Notes under the pieces: generated by a model
What the model was told of the DNA's origin: nothing
The model's database searches: none
The model's input: only the letters and a program-made list of their open reading frames with translations
NCBI GenBank assembly: GCA_021201655.1
Contig: JAJQEL010000074.1
Location: forward strand, 7,029 to 71,028
Direction of reading: 5' to 3'
Length of the DNA stretch: 64,000 nt
From: Erysipelotrichaceae bacterium
Lineage (GTDB): Bacteria; Bacillota_I; Bacilli_A; Erysipelotrichales; Coprobacillaceae
In this document: piece by piece, positions 56,341 through 64,000 of the stretch
Numbering within the stretch: position 1 is the stretch's first letter
How the letters are laid out: each line of letters begins with the position of its first letter
Program-made: the position numbers and the translations under genes

Positions 56341-58713
56341 TTACATTTCCTCTTCAACATCAAATTGACTATTATATAACTGGGCATAGAAACCATTCTT
56401 AGCTAATAATTCATCATGTGTACCAGTTTCAACTATATCACCATGATTCATAACTAAGATAAGATCTGAATTCTTAATAGTAGAAAGTCTATGAGCAATA
56501 ATGAACGATGTTCTATTTTCCATTAACTTATCCATAGCTTTTTGAATAATGATTTCGCTACGCGTATCTACAGAACTTGTAGCTTCATCTAAAATCAACA
56601 TTGGTTTATTAGCAATCATTGCTCTGGCAATCGTTAATTGCTGTTTTTGACCTTGTGATAAATTAACATTATCAGTTAAAACAGTATCATAACCATTTGG
56701 TAATGTTCTAATAAAGTGATCTAAGCCTACTGCTTTAGTGGCTTCCATCATCGTTTCATCAGAGATATTCTTAGAACAATAAATCAAGTTTTCTCTAATT
56801 GTTCCTTCAAATAACCAAGTATCCTGTAATACCATAGAGAACTTAGAATGGACTTCTTCACGTTTAACATCTTTTGTCGAAATACCATCAATCTTAATAT
56901 CACCTTGATTTGTTTCATAAAAACGCATCAACAAGTTAACCATAGTTGTTTTACCAGCACCTGTAGGACCTACAATCGCAATCTTTTGACCTGCTTTTGC
57001 TTGAGCAGAGAAATCATTAATAATCGGTTGACCTTCATCATAACCAAAGTTAACATGATTAAATTCAACATCACCAGTTATCTCTCCTAATGACTCTATT
57101 TTATATGATTCATCTTCCATTTCATCAGCTTCTAAGAAATCAAAGACACGTTTACCAGCTGCAGCAGCCATTTGCATTGATTGCATAGATTGTGCTATTT
57201 GAGATAAAGGTTGCGTAAATAGTCTAATGTAAATCATAAATGCTACAATAGTACCAAATGATGTCATATCGTTCATTGTTAAAACAGCGCCAACAACACA
57301 TACAACAACATAACCAAAGTTTCCAATAAATGTCATAATAGGCATCATTAAACCTGATAAACATTGCGCTCTAAAAGCACTATTTCTTAAATCTTGATTA
57401 TATTTATCAAAGGTTTGTTTAGACTTTTCTTCGCCATTATATGCTTTAACAACTAATTGTCCTGTATATATTTCTTCAACATGTCCATTTAATAAACCTA
57501 AATCTTCTTGTTGTTCATTGAAATATTTTTGAGAATGAGACATAATGACCATCATTAATACAAAACCTATAATAGTCGCCAAAATTCCAGATATTGACAT
57601 AATTACATTCGTACTAAACATCATAATTAATGCACCTATAAATAAAGTAACAGCACTTACTAATGTCCCAATACTTTGATTCAATGTTTGACCAATGGTA
57701 TCGACATCATTGGTAATACGAGATAAGATATCACCAGTAGATGTATGATTGAAATAAGACATTGGTAAACAATTTATTTTATGAGAAATAGATTTTCTTA
57801 GTTTCTTTGTAATATTTTGTGTAACATAATTCATAATTAAATGTTGTGACAAAGACAATGCAAAACTTGCACAATACAATATAATCAAAGTTACTAAAAT
57901 GCCTACAATTTTATCCATATCAATACTAGGATTAACTAAACTGTAAATGCTTTCTGGTAATTCATCTAAAGCTTCAAGTAAAGCTGAAGAATCCTCTGTA
58001 TCAACATCTGCTAGCAAGGTCATCATTTCCTGTTGATCAGCACCTGTTATAATTGTTCCTTCAACTTCAATATCGCTAAATAATGCTGCCATGATAGAAT
58101 CTGCTAAGTCATCAAACATGTCCATAGAAATGTCTTCACTATCAGCATCAATATCCATGTCACTTAAAATACTTATCGCTGTAACTTGATCACTAGCTGA
58201 AATGGTTGAACCATTAACTTCAATATCGTCAAATAATATTTCTAATATACTATCAGGTAAATATAATAACATTTCCTGCATCTCTGATTCATCAGTAACA
58301 CTAGACATAGAAGCAATCACTGTTTGGAAGGTTACTTTGTCTTCATCAGATATTTCCGTAGAAGCTAATATTTCTGCAGCTTTTGAAGACATAGATTCTT
58401 GATCAAAACTACTGGATATTTCACTCATAAGTGTTTCCATATTGTCTTGAACATTATCAGACATAGCTGTGGTAATTTCTTCCAAATTATCTGTATCAGG
58501 TGTTATACCTTCAGTAATGGCATTAGTAACATCAGATAATCTATCTGGACCTAAAATAGTACAAATAGAGCCACCCATAGCACATACAACTGCAATAATA
58601 ATTAATATTCTATATCCTCCAGCAAATCCTAATAATTTTCTAAAAAATTCACCCACATTACCTTTTTCTCCGGAATTAGCATTAGGGCCGCCTGGTCGCA
58701 TACGTCTATTCAT
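56341..58713 (-). CDS. ABC exporter (TMD-NBD half transporter) with approx. 210-aa acidic insert between TM1 and TM2
   Basis: GPTGAGKTT, LSQGQKQQ, LILDEATS. See the finding on the insert. Confidence 0.85.
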   Translation of the reverse strand: MNRRMRPGGPNANSGEKGNVGEFFRKLLGFAGGYRILIIIAVVCAMGGSICTILGPDRLSDVTNAITEGITPDTDNLEEITTAMSDNVQDNMETLMSEISSSFDQESMSSKAAEILASTEISDEDKVTFQTVIASMSSVTDESEMQEMLLYLPDSILEILFDDIEVNGSTISASDQVTAISILSDMDIDADSEDISMDMFDDLADSIMAALFSDIEVEGTIITGADQQEMMTLLADVDTEDSSALLEALDELPESIYSLVNPSIDMDKIVGILVTLIILYCASFALSLSQHLIMNYVTQNITKKLRKSISHKINCLPMSYFNHTSTGDILSRITNDVDTIGQTLNQSIGTLVSAVTLFIGALIMMFSTNVIMSISGILATIIGFVLMMVIMSHSQKYFNEQQEDLGLLNGHVEEIYTGQLVVKAYNGEEKSKQTFDKYNQDLRNSAFRAQCLSGLMMPIMTFIGNFGYVVVCVVGAVLTMNDMTSFGTIVAFMIYIRLFTQPLSQIAQSMQSMQMAAAAGKRVFDFLEADEMEDESYKIESLGEITGDVEFNHVNFGYDEGQPIINDFSAQAKAGQKIAIVGPTGAGKTTMVNLLMRFYETNQGDIKIDGISTKDVKREEVHSKFSMVLQDTWLFEGTIRENLIYCSKNISDETMMEATKAVGLDHFIRTLPNGYDTVLTDNVNLSQGQKQQLTIARAMIANKPMLILDEATSSVDTRSEIIIQKAMDKLMENRTSFIIAHRLSTIKNSDLILVMNHGDIVETGTHDELLAKNGFYAQLYNSQFDVEEEM

Positions 58714-60475
58714 TTTCTAATTCCTCCTTTGAGAATTGTGATAAAGCTATTTCATAATAAACATCACAATTCTTTAATAATTCTTCATGTGTTCCAATAC
58801 CTACAACTTTGCCTTCATCTAACACCACAATCTTATCAGCATCAATAATGGTACCAATACGTTGTGCCACAATCAATTTAGTTGCATCTTTACAATAATC
58901 ATTTAATGCTGTTCTTAAATCTTTATCAGTCTTAAAATCTAGTGCAGAGAATGAATCATCAAAAATAAAGATCTCTGGTCTACGACAAATGGCTCTGGCA
59001 ATGGATAAACGTTGTTTCTGTCCACCAGAGAAGTTAGCACCATTTTGAGCTACATATCCATCATAACCAACATCCTCAGTCTCTACAAATTCATTAGCCT
59101 TAGCCGTATAGATAGCTTCTACGATATCACTTTCTAAGGCTTGTCCTTTACCATTGTCTCCATAATCGACATTAGATTTAATTGTGCCTTTAAACAAAAC
59201 AGCTTTTTGTGAAATATAACCTAATTTATTACGTAAAGCTTTTTGGGTATAATCTTTAACATTAATACCATCAACTAATATTTCACCTTCGCTTGCATCA
59301 TAAAAACGTGGTACTAAATTAATTAAAGTTGTTTTACCACTACCAGTGGAACCAATAAAGGCAACAGTTTCGCCTTTATGAGCTGTAAAAGAAATATTCT
59401 CTAAAACATAATCCTGAGCATCAGGATATTTAAAGCTTACGTTTCTAAATTCTACTTCGCCAGTTTCTTCAGTATTTGAATCATTTATATCACCATCAAA
59501 GATAGTCATTTGTGTATCTAATACTTCATTAATACGTTGAGCAGCTACTAAAGCTCTTGGTAACATAATAAATATGGCTACCAACATCATAAATGACATA
59601 ACAACCTGCATAGCATAACTAGAGAATACGACCATATCAGAGAATAGACTGATCTTATTACTAATTAAAGCATTACTAATAAGATAGGCTCCAATCCAAT
59701 AAATAGATAATGTTAAACCGTTTTGAATAAGTTGCATAGAAGGCTGCATCAAAGCCATAACACCATTACCAATCAAATTATTGTGTTTTAATTCTTCATT
59801 AGCCACTTCAAATTTATCTTCTTGATATTCTTCGGCATTATAAGCACGAACAACTGATAAACCTGTTAAGTTTTCTCTGGCAACTCTGTTGACATTATCA
59901 GTTAAATATTGAATTTTTCTAAAACGTGGAATTGCAAACATCACACAAATACCAACAACTGTTAATAAAACAATAACGGCGACACATGTTGCCGCACTCC
60001 ATTGCCAACTCTTATTAATAATCTTCATAATAGCCCATACTGCCATAATAGGGGCTCTGACAAACATCTGTAATCCCATAACTATCAAATTTTGAACCTG
60101 GGTAACATCATTGGTTGAACGAATAATTAAGCTTGATGTAGAAAACTTATTTACTTCTTCTAATGAAAAACCTTGTACCTTGTCAAACATATCTTCGCGT
60201 AGTCTTGCCCCAAAATTACTTGCAATACGTGATGATGTAATGGCAACGATAACAGAACAGCATAAAGCTCCTAAAGCGCAAACTATCATCTTTGCACCTT
60301 CAACCAAAATTTCATTCATTTCACTACCTTCAGTCTCTACTAAAGTCGTAATAGAACTCATATAATCAGGTAATTTTAAATCTAATCCAACCATAGCACA
60401 AATGAAAGCAATGCTTATGACAATATAAATATATTCGGTTCTAGTTAATTTTCTAAATAATTTTAATATCGACAT
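58706..60475 (-). CDS. ABC exporter half transporter (heterodimer partner)
   Basis: GSTGSGKTT, FSGGQKQR, IFIFDDSFSALD. The start is approximate (ATG after AAAGGA). Confidence 0.85.
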   Translation of the reverse strand: MSILKLFRKLTRTEYIYIVISIAFICAMVGLDLKLPDYMSSITTLVETEGSEMNEILVEGAKMIVCALGALCCSVIVAITSSRIASNFGARLREDMFDKVQGFSLEEVNKFSTSSLIIRSTNDVTQVQNLIVMGLQMFVRAPIMAVWAIMKIINKSWQWSAATCVAVIVLLTVVGICVMFAIPRFRKIQYLTDNVNRVARENLTGLSVVRAYNAEEYQEDKFEVANEELKHNNLIGNGVMALMQPSMQLIQNGLTLSIYWIGAYLISNALISNKISLFSDMVVFSSYAMQVVMSFMMLVAIFIMLPRALVAAQRINEVLDTQMTIFDGDINDSNTEETGEVEFRNVSFKYPDAQDYVLENISFTAHKGETVAFIGSTGSGKTTLINLVPRFYDASEGEILVDGINVKDYTQKALRNKLGYISQKAVLFKGTIKSNVDYGDNGKGQALESDIVEAIYTAKANEFVETEDVGYDGYVAQNGANFSGGQKQRLSIARAICRRPEIFIFDDSFSALDFKTDKDLRTALNDYCKDATKLIVAQRIGTIIDADKIVVLDEGKVVGIGTHEELLKNCDVYYEIALSQFSKEELENE

Positions 60476-60559
60476 ATTCATCATCCTTTCGCTAGCCATT
60501 ATAGTAAACAAAACTAAACTGAAAAAAAACAAAATATAAACTCAAAATAAACAACAAAA

Positions 60560-60584
60560 AAACCGAATGAAAAACATTCGGTTT
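60560..60584 (-). terminator. Intrinsic terminator of the NlpC/P60 gene
   Basis: aaaccgaatg/cattcggttt stem followed by T7 on the minus strand. Confidence 0.75.
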
Positions 60585-60590
60585 AATATC

Positions 60591-61988
60591 CTAATAACGA
60601 ACACCACAAGTAAATCCACTAACACTAGTATAGCATACATAGGCACCTGTATGAGGTGAATGAATAACCAAACCGTTACCTACATAAATACCAACATGTC
60701 CTGATCTCCAAACAATGTCGCCTGCTTTTAATTCAGATAATGAAATAACTGTACCACCAGCTTTTTGCGCACTGGAAGTACGTGGAATACTGATACCATT
60801 TTGCTTATATACCCATTGAGTAAATCCAGAGCAATCAAAAGTATATGGACCAGTAGCACCATATTTATAAGCACATCCAAGTTTAGATATAGCCGTAGCG
60901 ACAATACCAGAAGTTGCTTTACTTACTGTTACTTTTAATGTCTTAGATGTAGAGTTACCTGCTGCATCACTAACAGAATATGTGACAGTATATGTTCCTG
61001 CAGTACTCGTACTAACATTACTGCTAATTTCAACTTCATCAGTTAAATCGCCATCCTTGTTATCAGTAGCGCTTGATAAATATTTAGAAGCTGTAAAACT
61101 ATCATCTGTTGTAATAGATACTGATGTTTTAGTTAAAGTAATTGTAGGTGCAGTTAAGTCTTCAACATTAACTGTTAATGTTTCTGTAGATGTATTACCA
61201 GATGAATCAGTTGCTGTAATAGTTAATGTTTGAGAATCTTCTGATGTTGTATCAATAGTTCCTTCAACATTAATATCAACTTCTTTATCATAGTTATCTT
61301 TAACAGTTACATAATCAGTGTAATCAAAGCTTGAACCGTAATCAACAGTGACAGTATCATCAGATAACGTAATTGTTGGTGCTTCAGTATCAGTTATAGC
61401 AAACTCATAAGTTTCTGTCGTTGTATTACCAGAGTTATCAGCAACTGTAACTTCAATTGTTTGTGAACCTAATGCACTTGTATTAAGATCTTCATCTGTT
61501 TCAATAAATGCTGTAACATCACCATCAACATTATCAGTTGCGCTAACATACTCAGTAATATCTTCACTACCATTAACTGCTACTTCAATAACATAACCTT
61601 CACCAGTAGTAGATAAAACAGGTGCTGTTTTATCGACAACTTCTACTTCTACAATTTTTGTATAAGTATTGCTAAACATATCAGTAGCTGATACCTCAAC
61701 ACTATATGTACCTAATTGATTGGCATCATATGTACTATCATCAATAGTCACATCAAGATTATCCAAAGAATCACGATTATCTTCAATACTAAACATTGTT
61801 TTATCTAAATCAGTTCCATAAAGAACTTCTACTTTATTGGCATCTATTGTTGGTGCTTCTTTATCTATCGCAGCATAACCTACTAATCCAAAAGTTGAAA
61901 CAAATAACAATGGGATAAACATTGCTTTACGATTTATAACATGCTCTTGCAAGTTTTCCAGGATAAATGTTTTTAAATCACTTTTCAT
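60591..61988 (-). CDS. Secreted/anchored cell-wall hydrolase: four Ig-like repeats plus C-terminal NlpC/P60 domain
   Basis: Start at ATG 61988, after the GGGAGG SD, then an N-terminal TM/signal segment. Four repeats of approx. 75-80 aa begin with AP(T/V)I. Catalytic residues in FDCSGFTQWVY and GHVGIYVG. Confidence 0.8.
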   Translation of the reverse strand: MKSDLKTFILENLQEHVINRKAMFIPLLFVSTFGLVGYAAIDKEAPTIDANKVEVLYGTDLDKTMFSIEDNRDSLDNLDVTIDDSTYDANQLGTYSVEVSATDMFSNTYTKIVEVEVVDKTAPVLSTTGEGYVIEVAVNGSEDITEYVSATDNVDGDVTAFIETDEDLNTSALGSQTIEVTVADNSGNTTTETYEFAITDTEAPTITLSDDTVTVDYGSSFDYTDYVTVKDNYDKEVDINVEGTIDTTSEDSQTLTITATDSSGNTSTETLTVNVEDLTAPTITLTKTSVSITTDDSFTASKYLSSATDNKDGDLTDEVEISSNVSTSTAGTYTVTYSVSDAAGNSTSKTLKVTVSKATSGIVATAISKLGCAYKYGATGPYTFDCSGFTQWVYKQNGISIPRTSSAQKAGGTVISLSELKAGDIVWRSGHVGIYVGNGLVIHSPHTGAYVCYTSVSGFTCGVRY

Positions 61989-62120
61989 TTGTATCCTCCC
62001 TTTCAATAATATACCCATGGCCATTATAGACCATAAAATACAAAATGTCCACACTTTTCTTAAGAAATTCTTAAGAAATTAAAATAATATTGATTTAATC
62101 ATAATTTTTAAAACAAAAAA

Positions 62121-62145
62121 ATCAAGCAAGGGGAATGTGCTTGAT
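62121..62145 (-). terminator. Intrinsic terminator of the two-component operon
   Basis: atcaagca/tgcttgat stem followed by T7 on the minus strand. Confidence 0.7.
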
Positions 62146-62266
62146 TTTTATATGATAGACATATTATTTTGAAGGGAGAGAGATTTATTGTCTATTATAT
62201 CGTCTTTTTTTAGACAATTAAATAATAATAAAGAAATATTAACTTCATATGAAATTCTAATGAACT

Positions 62267-63316
62267 TTATATGAACTGTACAATTGGAAGAGAAACAGTA
62301 AAAGTTGTTAAACGATCACTTTTAACATTGACACTACCCTTATGTAAATGAACGACTTGACTAACAATGGATAGTCCAATTCCTGTTCCTTTAGAAGCGT
62401 GTGAAGTGTCTCCCTGATAAAATTTTTCAAAGATACGTTTTTGATCTTCTTCTTTAATTTTTTCTCCTTCATTACTGATGGCAATATCTAATTGATTATC
62501 GATTTCTTTCATAAAAATTCTTATATGACCATTTCGGGGAGAAAATTTAATAGAATTATCTAATAAATTTATCCATACCTGTTTGAGTAATTCTTCATTT
62601 CCATCTATAAAATGATCAGTAAAAGATAAATCAAATTCGATACTTTTTTGATCCCATTTCTTTTCTAATAATATCACAGCATTTCTAATTTGTTCAGAAA
62701 CATTGAAATGAGTTATATTAGTGAGAATAGTTTGTTTTTCTACCTTGGATAAGTTTAAAACATTGGTAGCCATATCTGCTAATCTTTCGGATTCATCAAT
62801 GATAATATCTAAATATTCATATTGTGTTTCTTTAGGTAATTCATGATCCCTTAATATTCTAGCAAAACCTTTAATAGATACAATAGGTGTTTTAAATTCA
62901 TGAGAAAAATTATTGACAAAATCCGTTCTTAATAATTCTGTATTTTCTAATTCTTCAGCTAAATGATTAAAATTAGTTTCCATATCCTGACTGACAGGAT
63001 TTCGTCCTAAATGAATTCTTGTATCATAATGGCCTGCTGCTAGAGCCTGCATACCTTCGATAACTTTGACAACTGGTCTAATAGGAATACGGGTAACAAA
63101 TGTGGAAACAATCAATCCTATAACGATACTTCCTAAAGCAAATGCAATAAATGGTAAAGTAAAAGGATAGGCTTCAAAATCAAAAATGCCAAAATAATAA
63201 AGCATTATCATAAACCCACCAGTGATTAAAGCTGTTAAAACAAGTATAATAAACACAAAAAATGCTACAATGATTGAAACCGTCCAACGATTTAGTCTGC
63301 GATTATTTTCCATCAT
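62267..63316 (-). CDS. Sensor histidine kinase (HisKA/HATPase_c)
   Basis: Two TM helices, H-box FSHEFKTP, and G-box GTGIGLS. Confidence 0.85.
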   Translation of the reverse strand: MMENNRRLNRWTVSIIVAFFVFIILVLTALITGGFMIMLYYFGIFDFEAYPFTLPFIAFALGSIVIGLIVSTFVTRIPIRPVVKVIEGMQALAAGHYDTRIHLGRNPVSQDMETNFNHLAEELENTELLRTDFVNNFSHEFKTPIVSIKGFARILRDHELPKETQYEYLDIIIDESERLADMATNVLNLSKVEKQTILTNITHFNVSEQIRNAVILLEKKWDQKSIEFDLSFTDHFIDGNEELLKQVWINLLDNSIKFSPRNGHIRIFMKEIDNQLDIAISNEGEKIKEEDQKRIFEKFYQGDTSHASKGTGIGLSIVSQVVHLHKGSVNVKSDRLTTFTVSLPIVQFI

Positions 63317-63983
63317 GTTTCACCGCCTTATAACCAAGCCCTCTCACTGATTCAATAGAAAATTCATCCCAAGAGGCAAAGCGTTTGCGCAAACGCCCAA
63401 TATGAACAGTGACAGTTTCCCATCCCGTATCTGTGTCATATCCCCAAATATCATCCATTAATTGAATACGCGTAAATATTTTCCCAGGATAAGATAATAA
63501 TTTATAAAGTAATTGAAATTCTTTTAATGGTAACGTCATTTCTTCACCAGGTCTAGAAACAGTTAAGCTATCATAATCTAGTGTCACATCACCTATATGA
63601 ATCTTATGATCACTCACAATCTTTGCACGTCTTAATAAAGCTTGTATCTTTAATAAGAACTCTTCTTCATCTACAGGTTTACTCATATAATCATCAATAC
63701 CTACTAAGTAACCTTTTTTACGATCTTGAGTTTCCTGCTTTGCTGAAACCATTAAAATTGGCAATTCACTATAGGATTGTCTAACTAGATCTGTTAATTC
63801 ATAGCCATCTATATTTGGCATCATAATATCAACAATCATCAAATCAATATGATTGGTTTCAAATTTATCTAAAGCTTCCTGTCCATTACTAGCTAAAACA
63901 ACCATATAACCTTCGGCTTCTAGTAATGCTTTCATAAACAATCTTGTATTTTTATCATCATCTACAACAAGTATAGTAATCAT
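63303..63983 (-). CDS. OmpR-family response regulator
   Basis: ILVVDDD, the phospho-acceptor in DLMIVDIMMP, and a winged-helix C-terminus (VHIGRLRKR...RGLGYK). Confidence 0.9.
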   Translation of the reverse strand: MITILVVDDDKNTRLFMKALLEAEGYMVVLASNGQEALDKFETNHIDLMIVDIMMPNIDGYELTDLVRQSYSELPILMVSAKQETQDRKKGYLVGIDDYMSKPVDEEEFLLKIQALLRRAKIVSDHKIHIGDVTLDYDSLTVSRPGEEMTLPLKEFQLLYKLLSYPGKIFTRIQLMDDIWGYDTDTGWETVTVHIGRLRKRFASWDEFSIESVRGLGYKAVKHDGK

Positions 63984-64000
63984 GTTTAAACCTCTTTTCT

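Noticed and set aside
28026-63784. The remaining short nested ORFs in the track: 28026-28277, 29658-29915, 37049-37336, 37649-37843, 40477-40674, 42301-42483, 44391-44707, 45519-45842, 51030-51499, 52058-52285, 53585-53878, 54852-55100, 56848-57090, 58202-58720, 60111-60365, 60982-61233 and 63581-63784.
   Set aside because: Each overlaps a longer gene that has clear family motifs, on the opposite strand or in another frame. They are treated as non-coding.
1-64000. A scan of the whole window for CRISPR arrays, tRNA or rRNA genes, IS elements, integrases, prophage genes and toxin-antitoxin pairs.
   Set aside because: I saw no regularly spaced repeats, no cloverleaf-like GC-rich segments, and no transposase or integrase motifs among the ORFs. 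The only repeat-bounded element is the 45-bp-flanked islet reported above.

Overview
This is a 64-kb chromosomal window from a low-GC Firmicute. The yabO-yabP-yabQ-divIC sporulation cluster, the long Firmicute-type GalT and LacFEG fit an Erysipelotrichales/Clostridia-like gut organism, but the taxon cannot be proven from sequence alone. I support about 60 protein genes, almost all on the minus strand. By eye I found no rRNA, tRNA, CRISPR array, IS element or integrase.

Gene content, left to right:
- a truncated MoxR ATPase;
- a FecCD-type ABC importer with an acidic lipoprotein binding protein;
- a 3.2-kb insertion carrying a GmrSD-like (DUF262/DUF1524) nuclease, bounded by perfect 45-bp direct repeats;
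- an approx. 16-kb mirror-image divergon (8.9-24.7 kb), described below;
- housekeeping genes (nitroreductase, HxlR, YbjQ, folC, ung, HAD phosphatases, esterase, yabOPQ/divIC, GDPD, CBS-pyrophosphatase, panE);
- an 11-kb lac/gal supra-operon (LevR-like regulator, lacF, frameshifted lacE, lacG, HAD, galT, galE, galM, galK);
- an orphan PD-(D/E)XK gene, a PTS-IIB/ROK fusion protein, nfnAB and maa;
- a heterodimeric ABC exporter, an NlpC/P60 hydrolase with Ig-like repeats, and a two-component system.

In the divergon, a central control region drives a xanthine-dehydrogenase-family molybdenum hydroxylase operon leftwards and a TylF-like methyltransferase plus a membrane protein rightwards. Each arm ends in a hairpin followed by a paralogous three-gene module: a cytoplasmic LRR/ankyrin protein, a peptidase-like VWA protein and an AAA_5 MoxR-like ATPase.

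Most worth a second look:
- the duplicated LRR-VWA-MoxR modules, which could be a CoxD/CoxE-like Mo-enzyme maturation system, a yehI/yehLMPQ-like system, or a conflict system;
- the integrase-less GmrSD islet inserted in a terminator stem;
- an FAD subunit interleaved with a circularly permuted GltD-like module;
- the IIB-ROK fusion;
- the PTS-lactose/Leloir operon without a tagatose pathway in this window.

All family assignments are from motif recognition by eye, not from searches.
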